A DNA stretch of 63,716 nucleotides, filler included, from Rhabdomonas costata (lineage: Eukaryota), in the NCBI GenBank assembly GCA_019059605.1. It is 36 parts of 36 records of this genome, joined end to end, with 100 filler letters (N's around TTAATTAATTAA, not from the genome) between each part and the next. Parts side by side here need not be neighbours in the genome. Positions count along the whole stretch, not along the records: positions 23,028 to 24,698 come from JAHMHO010010923.1; positions 24,799 to 26,468 come from JAHMHO010010924.1; positions 26,569 to 28,239 come from JAHMHO010010925.1; positions 28,340 to 30,010 come from JAHMHO010010926.1; positions 30,111 to 31,781 come from JAHMHO010010927.1; positions 31,882 to 33,551 come from JAHMHO010010928.1; positions 33,652 to 35,322 come from JAHMHO010010929.1; positions 35,423 to 37,092 come from JAHMHO010010930.1; 28 more parts are not named here. One strand, given 5' to 3'. Below the pieces are notes generated by a model, which saw only the letters and a list, made by a program, of their open reading frames with translations, was not told the DNA's origin and made no database searches. Position numbers and translations under genes: made by a program. Positions 24,266 to 37,029 of this stretch are shown here, one piece after another (positions within the stretch are counted from its first letter, which is position 1; every line of letters begins with the position of its first letter).

Positions 24266-27200
24266 CTAAACGCCAAAATGTATTCCAATGTATTGTATTG
24301 TATTAAAGCACCTCTTCAAAACAACCAAAGGTTGGGTTGTCTACTAGCGCACCTACAAGCCATGTGTTGAAATTCTTTAAAAGCTTGGGATGGGTCGGAG
24401 GTGTTGTTTCGGTAGCCATTCCGACCGAGAACAAGCGTTCACATGCGACACATAAGCAATGCACAGGAAGAAGAAAAAACTGCCAGTTGCCAGAAGAAAG
24501 GTTAGGGTTCCCAAGGGTTCCCAAGGAAACGGCTGTTTCCTACCCCAACTGCACAACTCCAGTTCCTACCCCAACTGCACAACACACAAACCCATTTCAC
24601 ACTATCTCAATCCACACAAGTTCCAGCTATTTATCATTTATATTTTTGGGACCACCTGTTTGCCCGCTCGCTTCCCTCTCCCACATTACCCCCCCCACNN
24701 NNNNNNNNNNNNNNNNNNNNNNNNNNNNNNNNNNNNNNNNNNTTAATTAATTAANNNNNNNNNNNNNNNNNNNNNNNNNNNNNNNNNNNNNNNNNNNNTT
24801 GTGTGGTTTTTTTCTTTACGTGCTTCCATGAACAATTTTCCGACGATTCCGCACCACCAGCTCTGGCGCTGCGGAGCTGGTGGTGCGGGGGAAATCGGCC
24901 AGTGGGGTGAGGCAGCCACTCGGCTGCTTCGGAGGGGAATAAGCATGCCAAGTTCCCTTGCCTGCGCAGGGTAACCTCATCTACTAAGACGCACCCGTGG
25001 CAGCATTTTCGGTGCACGCACCTGATAGGCCCAAACTGTGAGAGCACTTCTCGCTAAAAACCAAGGTTGGCAGTGTCGATGGGCCAGGTCTCGGGTATTG
25101 GGGTGTAAAATGACTAGCTCGTGTATGCAGTATTCTAAACATTCACTTTTCGCTGGCGTCCAGAATTTACAGATTGCGAAACCAAATACCTCTAATGATT
25201 TATCACCAAAACAGTCACGTCCAAGGAGCTGTTTCAACTTCAACGGAAAGGGCAAAGGGCATAAGTAAAACGCAGAAAAACGCCAAAATAAAGCCGCCTT
25301 TAAGACAAAAAATTTAAAGTATTTTAAATTGGGCAATGAGTGCGGTGGAGAACCCAAAGTAAATTGAGAAGCAGTGCCACTCAAACCTGCTAGTAATGTG
25401 GCTTCAACGTCAGTTAAGCCCGAACTGTGGAGGATGGCCTCCAAATTTTCCGCTGAGTTCAGGTTCTCTTTTTGCTGAAAAACCCTAAAATTTTTAGTAG
25501 CTATTTTCTTTCATTTGGTCTGACGCCAACCATAGGTAGGAAATGGGGTTTTCAAAATCGAAGAGAAATGGAGAGAAAGGGCGGTAAGTCGTGGTTTGGA
25601 GAGGTTGATCCCAATTCTGAAAAAGCACTAACTTAGCACTGGATGGTAACTTGCTGCTTACGCAAGTGAGGCTGTGTGCATCTCTTTTCCCTGCGCACGC
25701 CCACGCTCGCTCGCTGACTCACCGCTGCTCGTCCACTTCGGCTGAATCATAGCCGTAGCAGAGCGACTTCCCCCTCCTGCTGCTCTGTGTGCTTATTCTG
25801 CCAGGCCTCCACATCTTGCGCCTCCGTTTGCCGTTGGCTTATATTTGGGGTGAGTCATTTTCGGTCTTCGAGAATCCAAGAGTTTTCGTTGTGTGGTTTG
25901 CCTGTAGACCTACTTTGTTCTGGTCGGGTTATGTTGCGAGTGCTGTTGCCTTTTTCCATCCACATTGTTTTCCTTGTGTTTCTTCTTGACCGACCACGAC
26001 TAGGCGGATCAGGATCAAACGGAGTCTCTGATGACCAGAGATCGGGCAGTCAACGAGTGCATCGAAACATTGTATAAACCACATTAACCACTCATCAGTT
26101 GGCGAGAATTGTCTTCTCTTTGTTTTGACACCGCTCACTGAACACTGAACCCCGCTAAGAGGATTTCTTTATAAAAAGGTACTCTCCACGTGCCCAGCGC
26201 TTGTTTTTCCCGTCATTCTTCTGAGACTCGTGAAACCTTGCCGAGAAGAGGCGAACAGTCACACTAGACAGAGAGCTTTTCGCTAAGACAACCGCAGAAC
26301 TTTACTGCTTCATTCCAATTGCATTTGTCTTGGTCTGCTTTTTGTCTTTGTAGCCGAGTGAACCCACTTCACCGTCTGCAGACACAAGCCTTCAAGCAGT
26401 TTTTTGCCCGCTCGGACGGTTCAGAACTTGTTTATCAAAGACATGTGGTGGATTCCATGTTCTTTCGTNNNNNNNNNNNNNNNNNNNNNNNNNNNNNNNN
26501 NNNNNNNNNNNNTTAATTAATTAANNNNNNNNNNNNNNNNNNNNNNNNNNNNNNNNNNNNNNNNNNNNTTTTTTGGTGGCCGCCCCAGTGGGACGGGACA
26601 AGGGTGAGTTGTGCGTGTGCCGCGTTCTTTGCACTTCTTCCCCGCATTCTGTGGTGGCAGTGGAGTGGACGTGCAATGCACCACAACCCAACAAGGGTTT
26701 CTCGTCCCAGTTGGGTGAATGATACGCATATGGTCACGTAACACGTGGTTCCTGCAACCCTGACAACGTAAATCGTGCGTCTAGGCTCAACTCCTCATGC
26801 GTCCAGGGGTTACTGGATTCGTGAGCATCGTCCTTGTTGTATTCGAGTGTGAGTAAAGTGCAAAAACCTCTGAACACGGCCAGGTCCTACCCGCACCACT
26901 TCCCTGTTGTCATCAATGTCAAGCTTGACTGCTACACCGCCACTCAGTGCTTGATCGTACACGTGCTCTGGTCGTAACCAAATTCCTGCTTGGATATCCC
27001 GAGGGACATCCACACACAGAAATCCACACGCAGAAGTCACCACCAACAGGTCAGCTCACACCCACACCCAGTCCAACTCCCACACCAACACCAGCAGCAA
27101 GAACGCAAGCAAGCCCAACCCAGCCTCAACATCCACCCCTCACTCAGCCCCTCAATGCCCAATATGTCAGCATCTTGGAGTGGGTAGTGGCATCTTCACC

Positions 27201-28050
27201 TCAAGTTTACTCTCTTGGGCATCTGTCACTCAGCCAGCGGCCATCATGCAGCCACTACCATGACATCAGGGTACATCAGGCATCACCCTTGGCATCAACC
27301 CCTCACCCTTCTGTGGTAGTGAGGTAGTGGTAGGTTATGTGTGCCCTCTTAAGTGTTGGTTCTGTGGCGTCGTGGCATGTTGCATCTTGGCTCAACATCA
27401 CGTGCGTCATCTTTACTCCTCATCAGCAACTCAGCAACATCGGAGTAGGCAGTGCATCATCCGACCTCTGTCACCTCTCACTCCTGATGAATGGTTCCTA
27501 GCTATGGGTTGGTGGCCCAGTAGTGGTGTGTGCCCTGCCTCTCCAACTGTGCAACATAGTGGTGGTTCCTCTACGCGTATGTCTTACCTACAACTACAAC
27601 TATGGGGCTATGCGTACCCTGTAGTGAAGCACAAACCTGACCGTAGCGTTCCTCACACCATTATGTCACCTTAAACATGGCCGTATCCTTCACCACGAAC
27701 AATGCGGGCCCCCAACCACTGGCGGCTTTCAGTCATTGCCACTACGCGGGACAGCCTTAACCGGGACAGCTCACTTTCATCGGGAACCACCGCTACCGTA
27801 AAAGTTTGAGTAATGTGTGCTCGCATATTTCCGAAATGCTTTTTGATGCGCTTTGAAGTTTGGAACCATGCGGATGGCCATCCACTAGAAAATGTAGATC
27901 AAAACAAGCGTCCCCGTCTTCAACGCCTGAATACCGCAGTGTTACCTTTCGCTGCGCCGAGCCCGTCAATGTTCGGAGCAGAAAGCTGAGTTTTACCTGC
28001 CACCATCTGACATCTGAAAGTTTGTACCTGCAGAAATCCGCCCTGAGTGG

Positions 28051-28231
28051 GTGAATATTATGACATTATGACCACAACGCTCACCAACCTGTCGCTCTTT
28101 CCCTCGGAGACTTCCCTGGATGCCGTCTTTCTTGCAACGAAAGCACTACTGGCGGCTCCGAGAAGAGGCGGCCGGGAAGTCTCCGAGGGAAAGAGCGACA
28201 TGTTGGTGAGCGTTGTGGTCATAATATTCAC
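28051..28231. repeat. Long inverted repeat / hairpin
   Basis: 28065-28116 is the reverse complement of the arm starting at 28174 with one mismatch; GTGAATATTATGAC extends the match; loop about 57 nt. Confidence 0.9.
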
Positions 28232-28620
28232 ACCCCCCCNNNNNNNNNNNNNNNNNNNNNNNNNNNNNNNNNNNNNNNNNNNNTTAATTAATTAANNNNN
28301 NNNNNNNNNNNNNNNNNNNNNNNNNNNNNNNNNNNNNNNTTGTTGGTGTTGTGGTGGTTACGTTCTGGCTCCCCAAGTTGCTGTACAATTGTCTCCTTCC
28401 GAGTTCTCTCTTTTGTGCCCTCAGTGCTAAGTTTAGGCTGAGCTGCCCTCCAGAGCTAAAGAGGTGAAGGAAAACAAGAGTGTTGAGGTGGGCGACCCCT
28501 TACCCACTTTCATCCGGAGTGCAGGCGATGCTTTCCCCAACTCTTCTTGCCACAGCAAATCCAGCGAAGCTGTGGCTGGTTTTCCGGCACCCAACCCCGA
28601 CCTTCGACACGGAGACCCAG

Positions 28621-29915
28621 GTCCGGAGCGAGCCCGGACTCCTGCAAGATATCCGCGCCCGCAACTGCGTGGTGCTTACCGGTGCCGGCTTCACCGCGCC
28701 TGCCCGTGGGCCTAGCTGGCGCACCCTCCTGGAGCATGTTGCCGTTCGGGGCGCTGCGGAGGCGGAGAAGAAGTCTGGGGTGCCCTGGGTCTCTCCCCCA
28801 GTCCAGCCAGATGACGACCTGTATACCCCACAGTAACACACACTCACACTCACGCGTCAGCCCACCTATCTCCACCTACTCGGGTTGATAGAGCACAGGA
28901 ACAATGATCGCTGAGATCACTGCTGCCAATAATAGCGAGCTGCTGGATGCGGAAGATCACGTTGAGAGGGGGGGGGGGTAGACCATATCATCACACCCCA
29001 ACCCATTGACTAACCCATTGAGGGAGCATCCGCCCAAAAACTCCCCAGAGGGCAGGGAACGTATTTTTTATGCTTGCTCTGCTTTTTCTTCACGCATGGT
29101 TGCAAATGCATAAAAATGCATACATGTAAACAATGGCAAATTTGTTAATGCTAAAGTGGGTATGTTTGCTGTTCTGGCAAACCGATTGACAAAATTCTGT
29201 GGAGTTTTTCAGCTTCTGGTTGTGTAGCAACTCCCGTAATGCTTCAGCGTTACCGCAAGTGCAGGTCCTTTGCTCACTTTGCCGGACATTCAGTCGGGCC
29301 ACTTTCCATCTCGAGGCACCTCTGTTGGGAATGCGTACGAATGGTGCTATGCATACTTACCTTCTCCATTCACCGCAGCACCAGGGAGGTTTCCACCGCT
29401 TCCACCGAGACGGAAGGCGAGAGTTTCCGGTTCAACGAGACCAGATACAGGATGAAGTTCATTGTGGATGAGGTGATTAATATTGTTCGTCGTGGTGACT
29501 TTGAACTGGCCGCGCAGCTATTACAGGTATACATTCCAGCAATCTTTTCATCCCCGGACGGGGGAGGCATTGCTGGAACAGAGTTTTCTGAGCTGTGTGT
29601 TTTTATTTAATCTGGCTCTGAGCGCATAGAGACATTCTCCGAAGGTGGCGTTCCACAAATCGCAATATTCCGCACGTGCAGGGTGATGCCCTTGCCCCAC
29701 ATCAGGAGGCACATCAGGAGGGGTATGGTTTCTCACTCTGCCTTGTGGGTGGGGCAACCGCTGGCAGTCCACGTTGCACAGCTGGAGCATTTCAAAACCT
29801 GGACAGATCAGCATCAATGGACGGACGCGGTGCACGAGTTCAGTTCCAGCCTGCTCGAGACGAACCTGCCAATCCGGATGCGCAGGATGCGCGAGCGCGC
29901 GTCCGGAGCTCACGC
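28621..29915 (+). CDS. SIR2-like domain protein (SIR2_2 type), N-terminal exons; exon chain only partly resolved
   Basis: LLQDIRARNCVVLTGAGFTAPARGPSWRTLLEHVA fits the L...I.....V.F.GAG.S...G.PxW..LL start of SIR2-like domains; later exon 29379-29526 ends GDFELAAQLLQ|GT; probable exon from 29783. Confidence 0.7.
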
Positions 29916-30190
29916 AGGCGCTTGGTTGCTCAGCCCCACCCCGGTGCACCCCTTTCCCAGATGGGCCTCCGCGGAGTGGCGATTGTTGCTGTTGTGGTGT
30001 CTGGCCTCCCNNNNNNNNNNNNNNNNNNNNNNNNNNNNNNNNNNNNNNNNNNNNTTAATTAATTAANNNNNNNNNNNNNNNNNNNNNNNNNNNNNNNNNN
30101 NNNNNNNNNNGTTGGTGTGGGTGCGCACCACAACCGGCCGAGGGTGAAAGGTCAGAAAATTCTCACCCCAAGGACCGGTCACGTAGCGTT

Positions 30191-30277
30191 TCTGGAGGCC
30201 TGTTGTATATACAAAAGACCCCAGGCCTGCTTCGGCTCAGCCCTCTAAGTTCGGTGGTGATATACTCCTTAGCCTAG
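30191..30277 (+). repeat. Dispersed short repeat, copy 1
   Basis: GGAGGCCTGTTGTATATACAAAAGACCCCAGGCCTGCTTCGGCTCAGCCCT is similar to 53196-53245 and to the reverse complement of 57772-57855. Confidence 0.85.
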
Positions 30278-33200
30278 CATGGTGGCCTCAATCCTGGTTC
30301 TAGATTTTTGGCACGAATTGCGAGTGCTTGTTTTTTCCAGGCGGGTGGACCGAACCTTGCCCCGGTGGTTGTGTTAGTTTGTTGGCGGCGGTTGCAGTAT
30401 TGGAGCACCCTGTGAATATCAACCCCTTTTAACTTTTCCACGAATGTCATCTGCCCCCCCCCTCACCCTCTACGGCCTGTGCTAACCTTCAGCTTAAGCC
30501 CACAAAATGTTCTTTGCGTATCCTTTTTTTGCTGCCTTATCTTAGCATTCTGGTCTGCTCGAAAAACAAGGACGGAGCTCCCTTGTGTCGCCTGTTCCAT
30601 GAATTTTGCTGCGGTATGTGTCTCCCTTTTTGTGCCATGAACGTATCCTCGGCATCCGTGAAGCACCCGCTGGTGCGCTTTGTTTTGTATGATCCAGGCG
30701 GAATTATAGGTCGTGTCCTTCTACCTTTATACCCTGTGTTCAGATTCCCGGCTTTTTCCTTCTTTTGGAGTTTTGGAGGACTTAACTGTGCATTTACCGA
30801 ACGTTAGCCATGTCCCGCCCATCTCGATCTTCCCTTCTCTCCGGGCGACCCCGGCGGCGATCTAGGAGGGGAGGTTAGTTGGTGTTGTTCAACCTCTCCA
30901 CCGGAGCACTGCCTTTTTCACATAGTTTGTGGCATTAACCATGACCCAAGTCTTTCATAGCCCTGATTGGCTCCAGTACACTGAGGGAAAACGTCCAGGG
31001 GCAGTACCCAGAGGCACCCGGGCCACAATGGAATCCCGTGGATGATTGAAAGGTCAAAATCTCTGTCACTGTCATTGGTGATCTGGAAGCCTGAAGAATG
31101 CTGCAACAGTTGTCCACGGTGGTATTTGGAGATATCCCGGTGATGCCGCGCCGTCGCTGGGATTTAGCAGCTTGTTTGGAAAAGCCGCTGCAGCCTTGGT
31201 TTAGTTGACAAAGGACAATGTGCATGCTGCCTTTGTTTATTTTTTGTTTTTTCATTTTTGCGCGGTACTGCAACTGATTCTGAATCCAAAGGAGTTCCTG
31301 TGGTCTCTCCAAGAGGCTGTATATCTTTATCTTTCTTTTTATATCTTTTTATATCTCCCGGGAAGCGCCTCTGCCAATGAGGCGGGCACGGGCACCCCAC
31401 CACCGCCGTCGCCTAGCCCCACTGAGCCCCACCATCACCACCACTTGAACGATGGCGAAGGAAGAATCCCACCGGGAGATGAATAAAGCAAATCCTGGTC
31501 TCCACGCAGACGCAGAGACAGCGCCACATCAGCCGTCAGATCACACCATACAAACGACCCAGTTGGCGTCTTCCGGAGATGTCAACTTGCCCCTCTATCG
31601 AGAGTAGGACGAAACTCTTTGTAGCCGGGTTGGCTAAGCAAAGAGGAGGGGGGAGGAGGGGTCACACTTACGCTCAGGATGTTACCGTTTTGGAGCTAGT
31701 GTACAGCGAGAACGGCCCGCTACTGAGCAGCCAGGCCACGGATGGCACGGGGAAGTGGGGCAGCGTGGGCGAGGTTACCTCNNNNNNNNNNNNNNNNNNN
31801 NNNNNNNNNNNNNNNNNNNNNNNNNTTAATTAATTAANNNNNNNNNNNNNNNNNNNNNNNNNNNNNNNNNNNNNNNNNNNNAAGACCGGCGGGGGCACAA
31901 CGCTCCCCACGGCAGCGGAGCGGTGAGGGCGAGGCCGCGGGCCCCCGGGACCACCTGCCGCCTGTGGCGCATATGGTCCCGGGAAGAATTTCACCACCAC
32001 CAACAACAACAACAACAAAACGCTCGCTGTTTAATTGGCCGCTCTTTTCTTTTTTCAACTCGCTTGGGTCGTTGCTCCCCAGGCCCCGAATCACTGCAAG
32101 CGTGGAGGAACTATGCTTAATAGCATATCAAAGGGCTCCTGGGCCGCTGGGGTCATCCGCGATCTGCAGTGCGTGTGGGGGGAGGGGGAGGGGGTTGCTG
32201 TCCGCGTTGAGCAGCCTGTGCCCTTTCCTATTTGCTTGCTGTATTATTTCCTTGTTCCGTTTTCAATGCATGCGACGCATACAACTGAGCATACAACACT
32301 ATTTTCAGAGGAATGGTTCGTCAGCAGCTCATCACTTCAATTTGTAAGGGAGTCAGGTGAGTTGCGTACGTGCATCCCATGCCTTACGTCAAGCTGGCAG
32401 CACCCCTACAACTAATATTGATTCGCGACTTGACTGCAGCGGGGCACTCGCAACGGAGCAAGCCATATGTAGCTCTGAGGTACAACAGCCGCAAATGCCG
32501 CTCGCCGTAATACGGAAGCTGATTCTACGGCTCTGCCAGCCAGCGGGGGGCAGCTGTCGTGTGGTTTCCTGTTGTGCGCTACCTTGTTTACCTGTTCCTT
32601 GCCTTTCTTTCCTCTGACTTTATTCCCACCCTTGTACCATGGTGACAGCTCCAGGTTGCGGGTCGTCACCTGGTGTTTGGACCCAGAGTCAGACTAGCAC
32701 GAGCCCGCTTGGGGGGCACTCACTACTTCACCACCCTGACATGCGCAACCTCAAAGCACGGAGCTCCTCCCAGCCCATTCGGAGGCTGAGGCGCCCACTA
32801 TCCCCGTTTTTTTACTGCTCCGAAAACAGCGCCCTATCTGGTGGTTTTCGTGAGAGACTTTGGCGGCGCGAAGCGGAAGAAGGTGTGTACTCCGCGGAGA
32901 CTTCCCCCAGGTCTGGGCAGGCGTTGGGAGATTGGCCGGCCCAGTTGGGCCGTTGGGCCGCCACATGGAATCTGGTAGCCTACCAGAACACCAAGAATTC
33001 GTTGTTCCCACCCGTGTTGTTTTGTTTGTCTGTCACCTTCATGTACACAACACACTCTCTTTCCGCTCTGTGCCCTGCAATCAAAATTCCCGTCCTTTGT
33101 CCTGAAAATAATTGTCGCATCACGTTCCTTCAATAAAAAGTGTTAGTGAGCTAGTTTTGGTTGCATACCTGTTTTATAACTTTGGCTGAGCGCCAACCCA

Positions 33201-33828
33201 AGAACAACCACCAAAACATGCTCCACCAGCCAACCCCACGGTGTGTTTTTCTTTTACAGCGTACAGGCTGTAAAGAAGGCCAAAGCACACAGTCTCGCCT
33301 CCCCACAACGTTGGCAAATACGGGACTGCCAAAATAACAAAAGAATGAGTGTGAGGCAGGGAGAGGGGATATCAGGATAACAGATCCCTCCCTTCCAAAA
33401 AAAAGGAACCCGGTGAGGCACAAAAGGACACTACATCGTACAGCACTCACCCTTCTTCTTCTTCCCCCCCCCCTGACTCCCCACCCAACGATCTCTCCTT
33501 CACAGCGCGCGATTGCTGAGCGAGGGGACAGCCTCAAGTGCTCTCTAGCGCNNNNNNNNNNNNNNNNNNNNNNNNNNNNNNNNNNNNNNNNNNNNTTAAT
33601 TAATTAANNNNNNNNNNNNNNNNNNNNNNNNNNNNNNNNNNNNNNNNNNNNTTGTGTGTATTTATTTTCGTGCACCTGGCTCTCATGCATCGGGTGGCTG
33701 TTTGTATGGGGCGAAGACCAATTTAGAACTTTTTATCAGGTTTACATCAATAGTGTTTTACTCCTCTTCTCTCACTCTCTCTCTCCTTGCCCTTTTTTCT
33801 TGTGAACTTTTCCGAGCGTGTTGCCAGA

Positions 33829-35083
33829 ATGTCGCAGAGAATCATGGATATCAACAAGCCCATCCGCTACTGTGAGGACTGGGCTGTGGGGATTCCGCTG
33901 ATCGACTCACAGGCTCGTGGCGCCCCTTCCCCAGTTAACCTCTGCTCTGTATAGGTGTTGCTGGGGTGACAACCCCGCCCACCCGAGTTGTCAGTGCTAG
34001 AATATCAAAACCAAATTTGAAGCACGGCCCATCGAAGCCCTTCATTACTTTCGTGCGTGGGTAGCTAGCTCCCCACGTCCCTTTGCTCTGGTTTTCCTTT
34101 TGCCTTCCTTCCTTCTTGCCATTACATGTTCGCGCCCCGTTGCTTTGTGTCTGGTCTGCTTGCTCATTTTCAACCCGCACAGCATCTGAGGCTGTTTGAG
34201 ATGATCGAGGACCTTCGACTGGCAGTGGTCTCACAGGCAGAGAATGCGATGATTACCAAGGTGCTGAAGGGGCTGGTGGACTATTGCTTCGACCACTTCG
34301 AGTGTGAGCAAATGGTGCGTACTCACTCGCTCTCTCACGCGCTGCGTCATCGTTGACGTCTCCCGTGTCCTTGCTTTTTGCTTTCTGCGGAGGAAAAGCT
34401 GCCTGTTCACCTCTATGATCACAGTCAGAGAGTTGCCTTTTTTTTGGCTTGTTGCTTCGGTTGTACACCACTAAGTCATAGCGGTCGACGCACAATTTCT
34501 GGGAGCTCAGAATTTTCAGCGCCCGTGCTCTCTTTTCCTCTGCGGAAATGCATTTTTGGGGGGTTTCGGCGCTTCGAAATGTGTGTTTGTGATGGGGCGG
34601 CAATATCCCATTATCCCCTTGGCCAGGAGAACGTCCACCGTGACCTCACCTCTCCCCAAACGTCCTCCTGTGCAGTGTTGCACTTTTTCTTGCGTGTTCT
34701 GGCACTGGTCTGCGATGGAAATGCCCTGTATGCTGCGGGCAGTGGCATTGGAGAAGAAGAGAAGAGGTGCAGAGACGTTATTGAAATTCTGAGGGTGATT
34801 GCTCCAAGAAGTGAGTTAGGACCTTACCGACAGACTCGGGGATCCCTGCAGAAGCTGTGGGTTGGTGCACGACACCTTCTGCCATATGCCCTGTTTACCC
34901 TTCTTTGTCGTGTTTCTCACATTATCGTTGTGGTGACCATAGCTGATGCAGTCAATTGAGTACCCCGTGTACAGCAGCCACCTGGGGCTGCACCAGCAGT
35001 TCACGGACCAGGCCCTGCATTGGTTCGCAGAGCACCAAAGCGGCAAGCTGGACTTGACGATTGTCCTGCATGCCCTAATGGAG
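33829..35083 (+). CDS. Hemerythrin (bacteriohemerythrin-like di-iron protein), three exons, last exon missing
   Basis: Exons 33829-33912, 34183-34314 and 34943-35083 join in phase 0: W-AVGIPLIDSQ|HLRLFEMI...LVDYCFDHFECEQM|LMQSIEYPVYSSHLGLHQQF; iron-ligand pattern H, HxxxE, HxxxH present. Confidence 0.9.
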
Positions 35084-36926
35084 GTTAGATTTTGCTTTCC
35101 CTGTGCTGCTTGACGCTGGGCGCTCAACGCCCTAATGGAGGTCTGGCATTCCCAACGCCTCCTACCACTCCAGTCGTTTTCGCCTATGGCAGTGCTATCC
35201 TGGGCGCGGCGCGAAACGGTTTGAAATGTGGGAGGTTTATCATGTCCTGAGGTCCTTCACCCCAGTGTCACAAAAGTTCTCACGGCTTAAATCAGTGTCG
35301 TCCAGTTTTAAAACCCCAAAAANNNNNNNNNNNNNNNNNNNNNNNNNNNNNNNNNNNNNNNNNNNNTTAATTAATTAANNNNNNNNNNNNNNNNNNNNNN
35401 NNNNNNNNNNNNNNNNNNNNNNGAGAGAGAGAGAGAGAGAGCCGAAACGTAGGGACTGCATGGCACTGAGGGCAAAAAAAGCCGCGATAAAGGTGGCTGT
35501 GTAGTGTGCTGACGAGTTCAAAACTGAATTTCGAAAAGTTGGTGGAAAAAATTGAGGAGGATGTGTCTCGAGTGTGGGGGACATTGTCGGATTTCTGCAA
35601 CGTTGATATCAGGCATACATTTTTGTTCACCCTGCTCACACCTACTGTACCCATGTGCAGTGCGTGTACCGCTCAAACTTTACACCAGCCAGCCAGAAAA
35701 TGCCCCCTCCCCCCATGGATCGGACCTGCCAGACAAAATCCAACCCATGTAAACATATCTTGTGAACCTTAACAATTACCGGATGTGTCACAATGGTATT
35801 CTGAAATTCTGAGGTCACCAAGCCTGCTCCCCGACACAAGCTGAATGGCATATTCGGCTGAGAGTGGGAGGAGGAGGAGGGGCAAAAGTTCTGTTCGCTT
35901 CTCATACTTCTCGCAGGCACCCAGCGGTGGTAACATGTGTCCGCGACTCTGGGGCGTTCTGGCGGCTCATCACGCATTGCCCCTCCAAAATGATCTGGAA
36001 GCTGTCACCTTCAGTGTATGGCGCACCTGCCATGACACAGAGCTTCCCGAAAGCGCACAAATGCATTGCAGCAGCGCGTGTAATTTCCTTTTGAGACACG
36101 TTTTTTTTTTCATCCTTGCAACCCATGCCGAATCAAAAAGGGGACCTAAAAACTGACTGAAATGCAAGCTTGCGACATTGCGAGACAAAAGAAACGAAGT
36201 AAACGCACCGTGCGAAAAACCAACCCACAAGGCGCACAGAAAAAATAATTAAACGCCAAACATAATAAAGCACTGAGCTGTCTTGGACACGGTAATTGCT
36301 CAGAGGAACTACAAAATACTAATATTAACTAATACTCGCGTTATTTCTTGATGATCTCATGAGGACCAATAAACACTCAAGTATTTCAGATCACGCACAA
36401 AAACCTCCCGCACAGAATCCCAGAAAGGAAGTAGCAGAAAAGTTATCATTCCAATATCATTGGAACGCTTCGAGATGGCTCGAAAATCGGCAATGGAGTC
36501 CCACCTGACGGCCGCCCGCTTCTAAAACAAAAGAACACCCACAGCGTGTGACTAAACTTTGAGATAGTTTTTCTTATTTAACGGTCTTTCTCAGTTGTGG
36601 GCTTTCTTGGGTGTTCTCTCGCTAATAGCTAAACTTTGGATTCTGAAGTCAACGCCTTCTGAAGTCTGATATGGCGGATGGTCCCCCTCCCTCCGATTGT
36701 ACAATGCTTTTCATAGAAATGACGGCAACATGGCTACAACATTGTCTCTTTTGGCTGGGGGGAGGGTGACGCGGGCCCCAGAAACGAGAAAACAAGATTT
36801 TGGAAAATGCTGCAAATCCGCTATGCAAGAGCGAATGGAGATGGAAGGATGGAAGGTGAAGCGCAAGCTCCAAAAAGAGAGAATGCGAGGCCAGGCAAGA
36901 ACAAACCCCCTCGCCCCAACGCATAC

Positions 36927-37029
36927 TTGTACATCCGAGCGGTGGTAAAGCCCCCCAAGAAGCCCATGCAGATGTACAGCAGCAGCAATGCGGTCATCAG
37001 GCCCCCCCGTTGGGCAGGCGATAGGAATC
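36927..37029 (-). CDS. Transmembrane 9 superfamily (nonaspanin/EMP70) exon
   Basis: TAG|...|GTATGC; GFLSPAQRGGLMTALLLLYICMGFLGGFTTARMYK matches the TM9SF GFLSPxNRGxL...ARLYK segment. Confidence 0.9.

Noticed and set aside
21257-30010. Polinton and SIR2-like gene as a linked defence island
   Set aside because: They lie on different contigs separated by spacers; proximity reflects only similar contig length.
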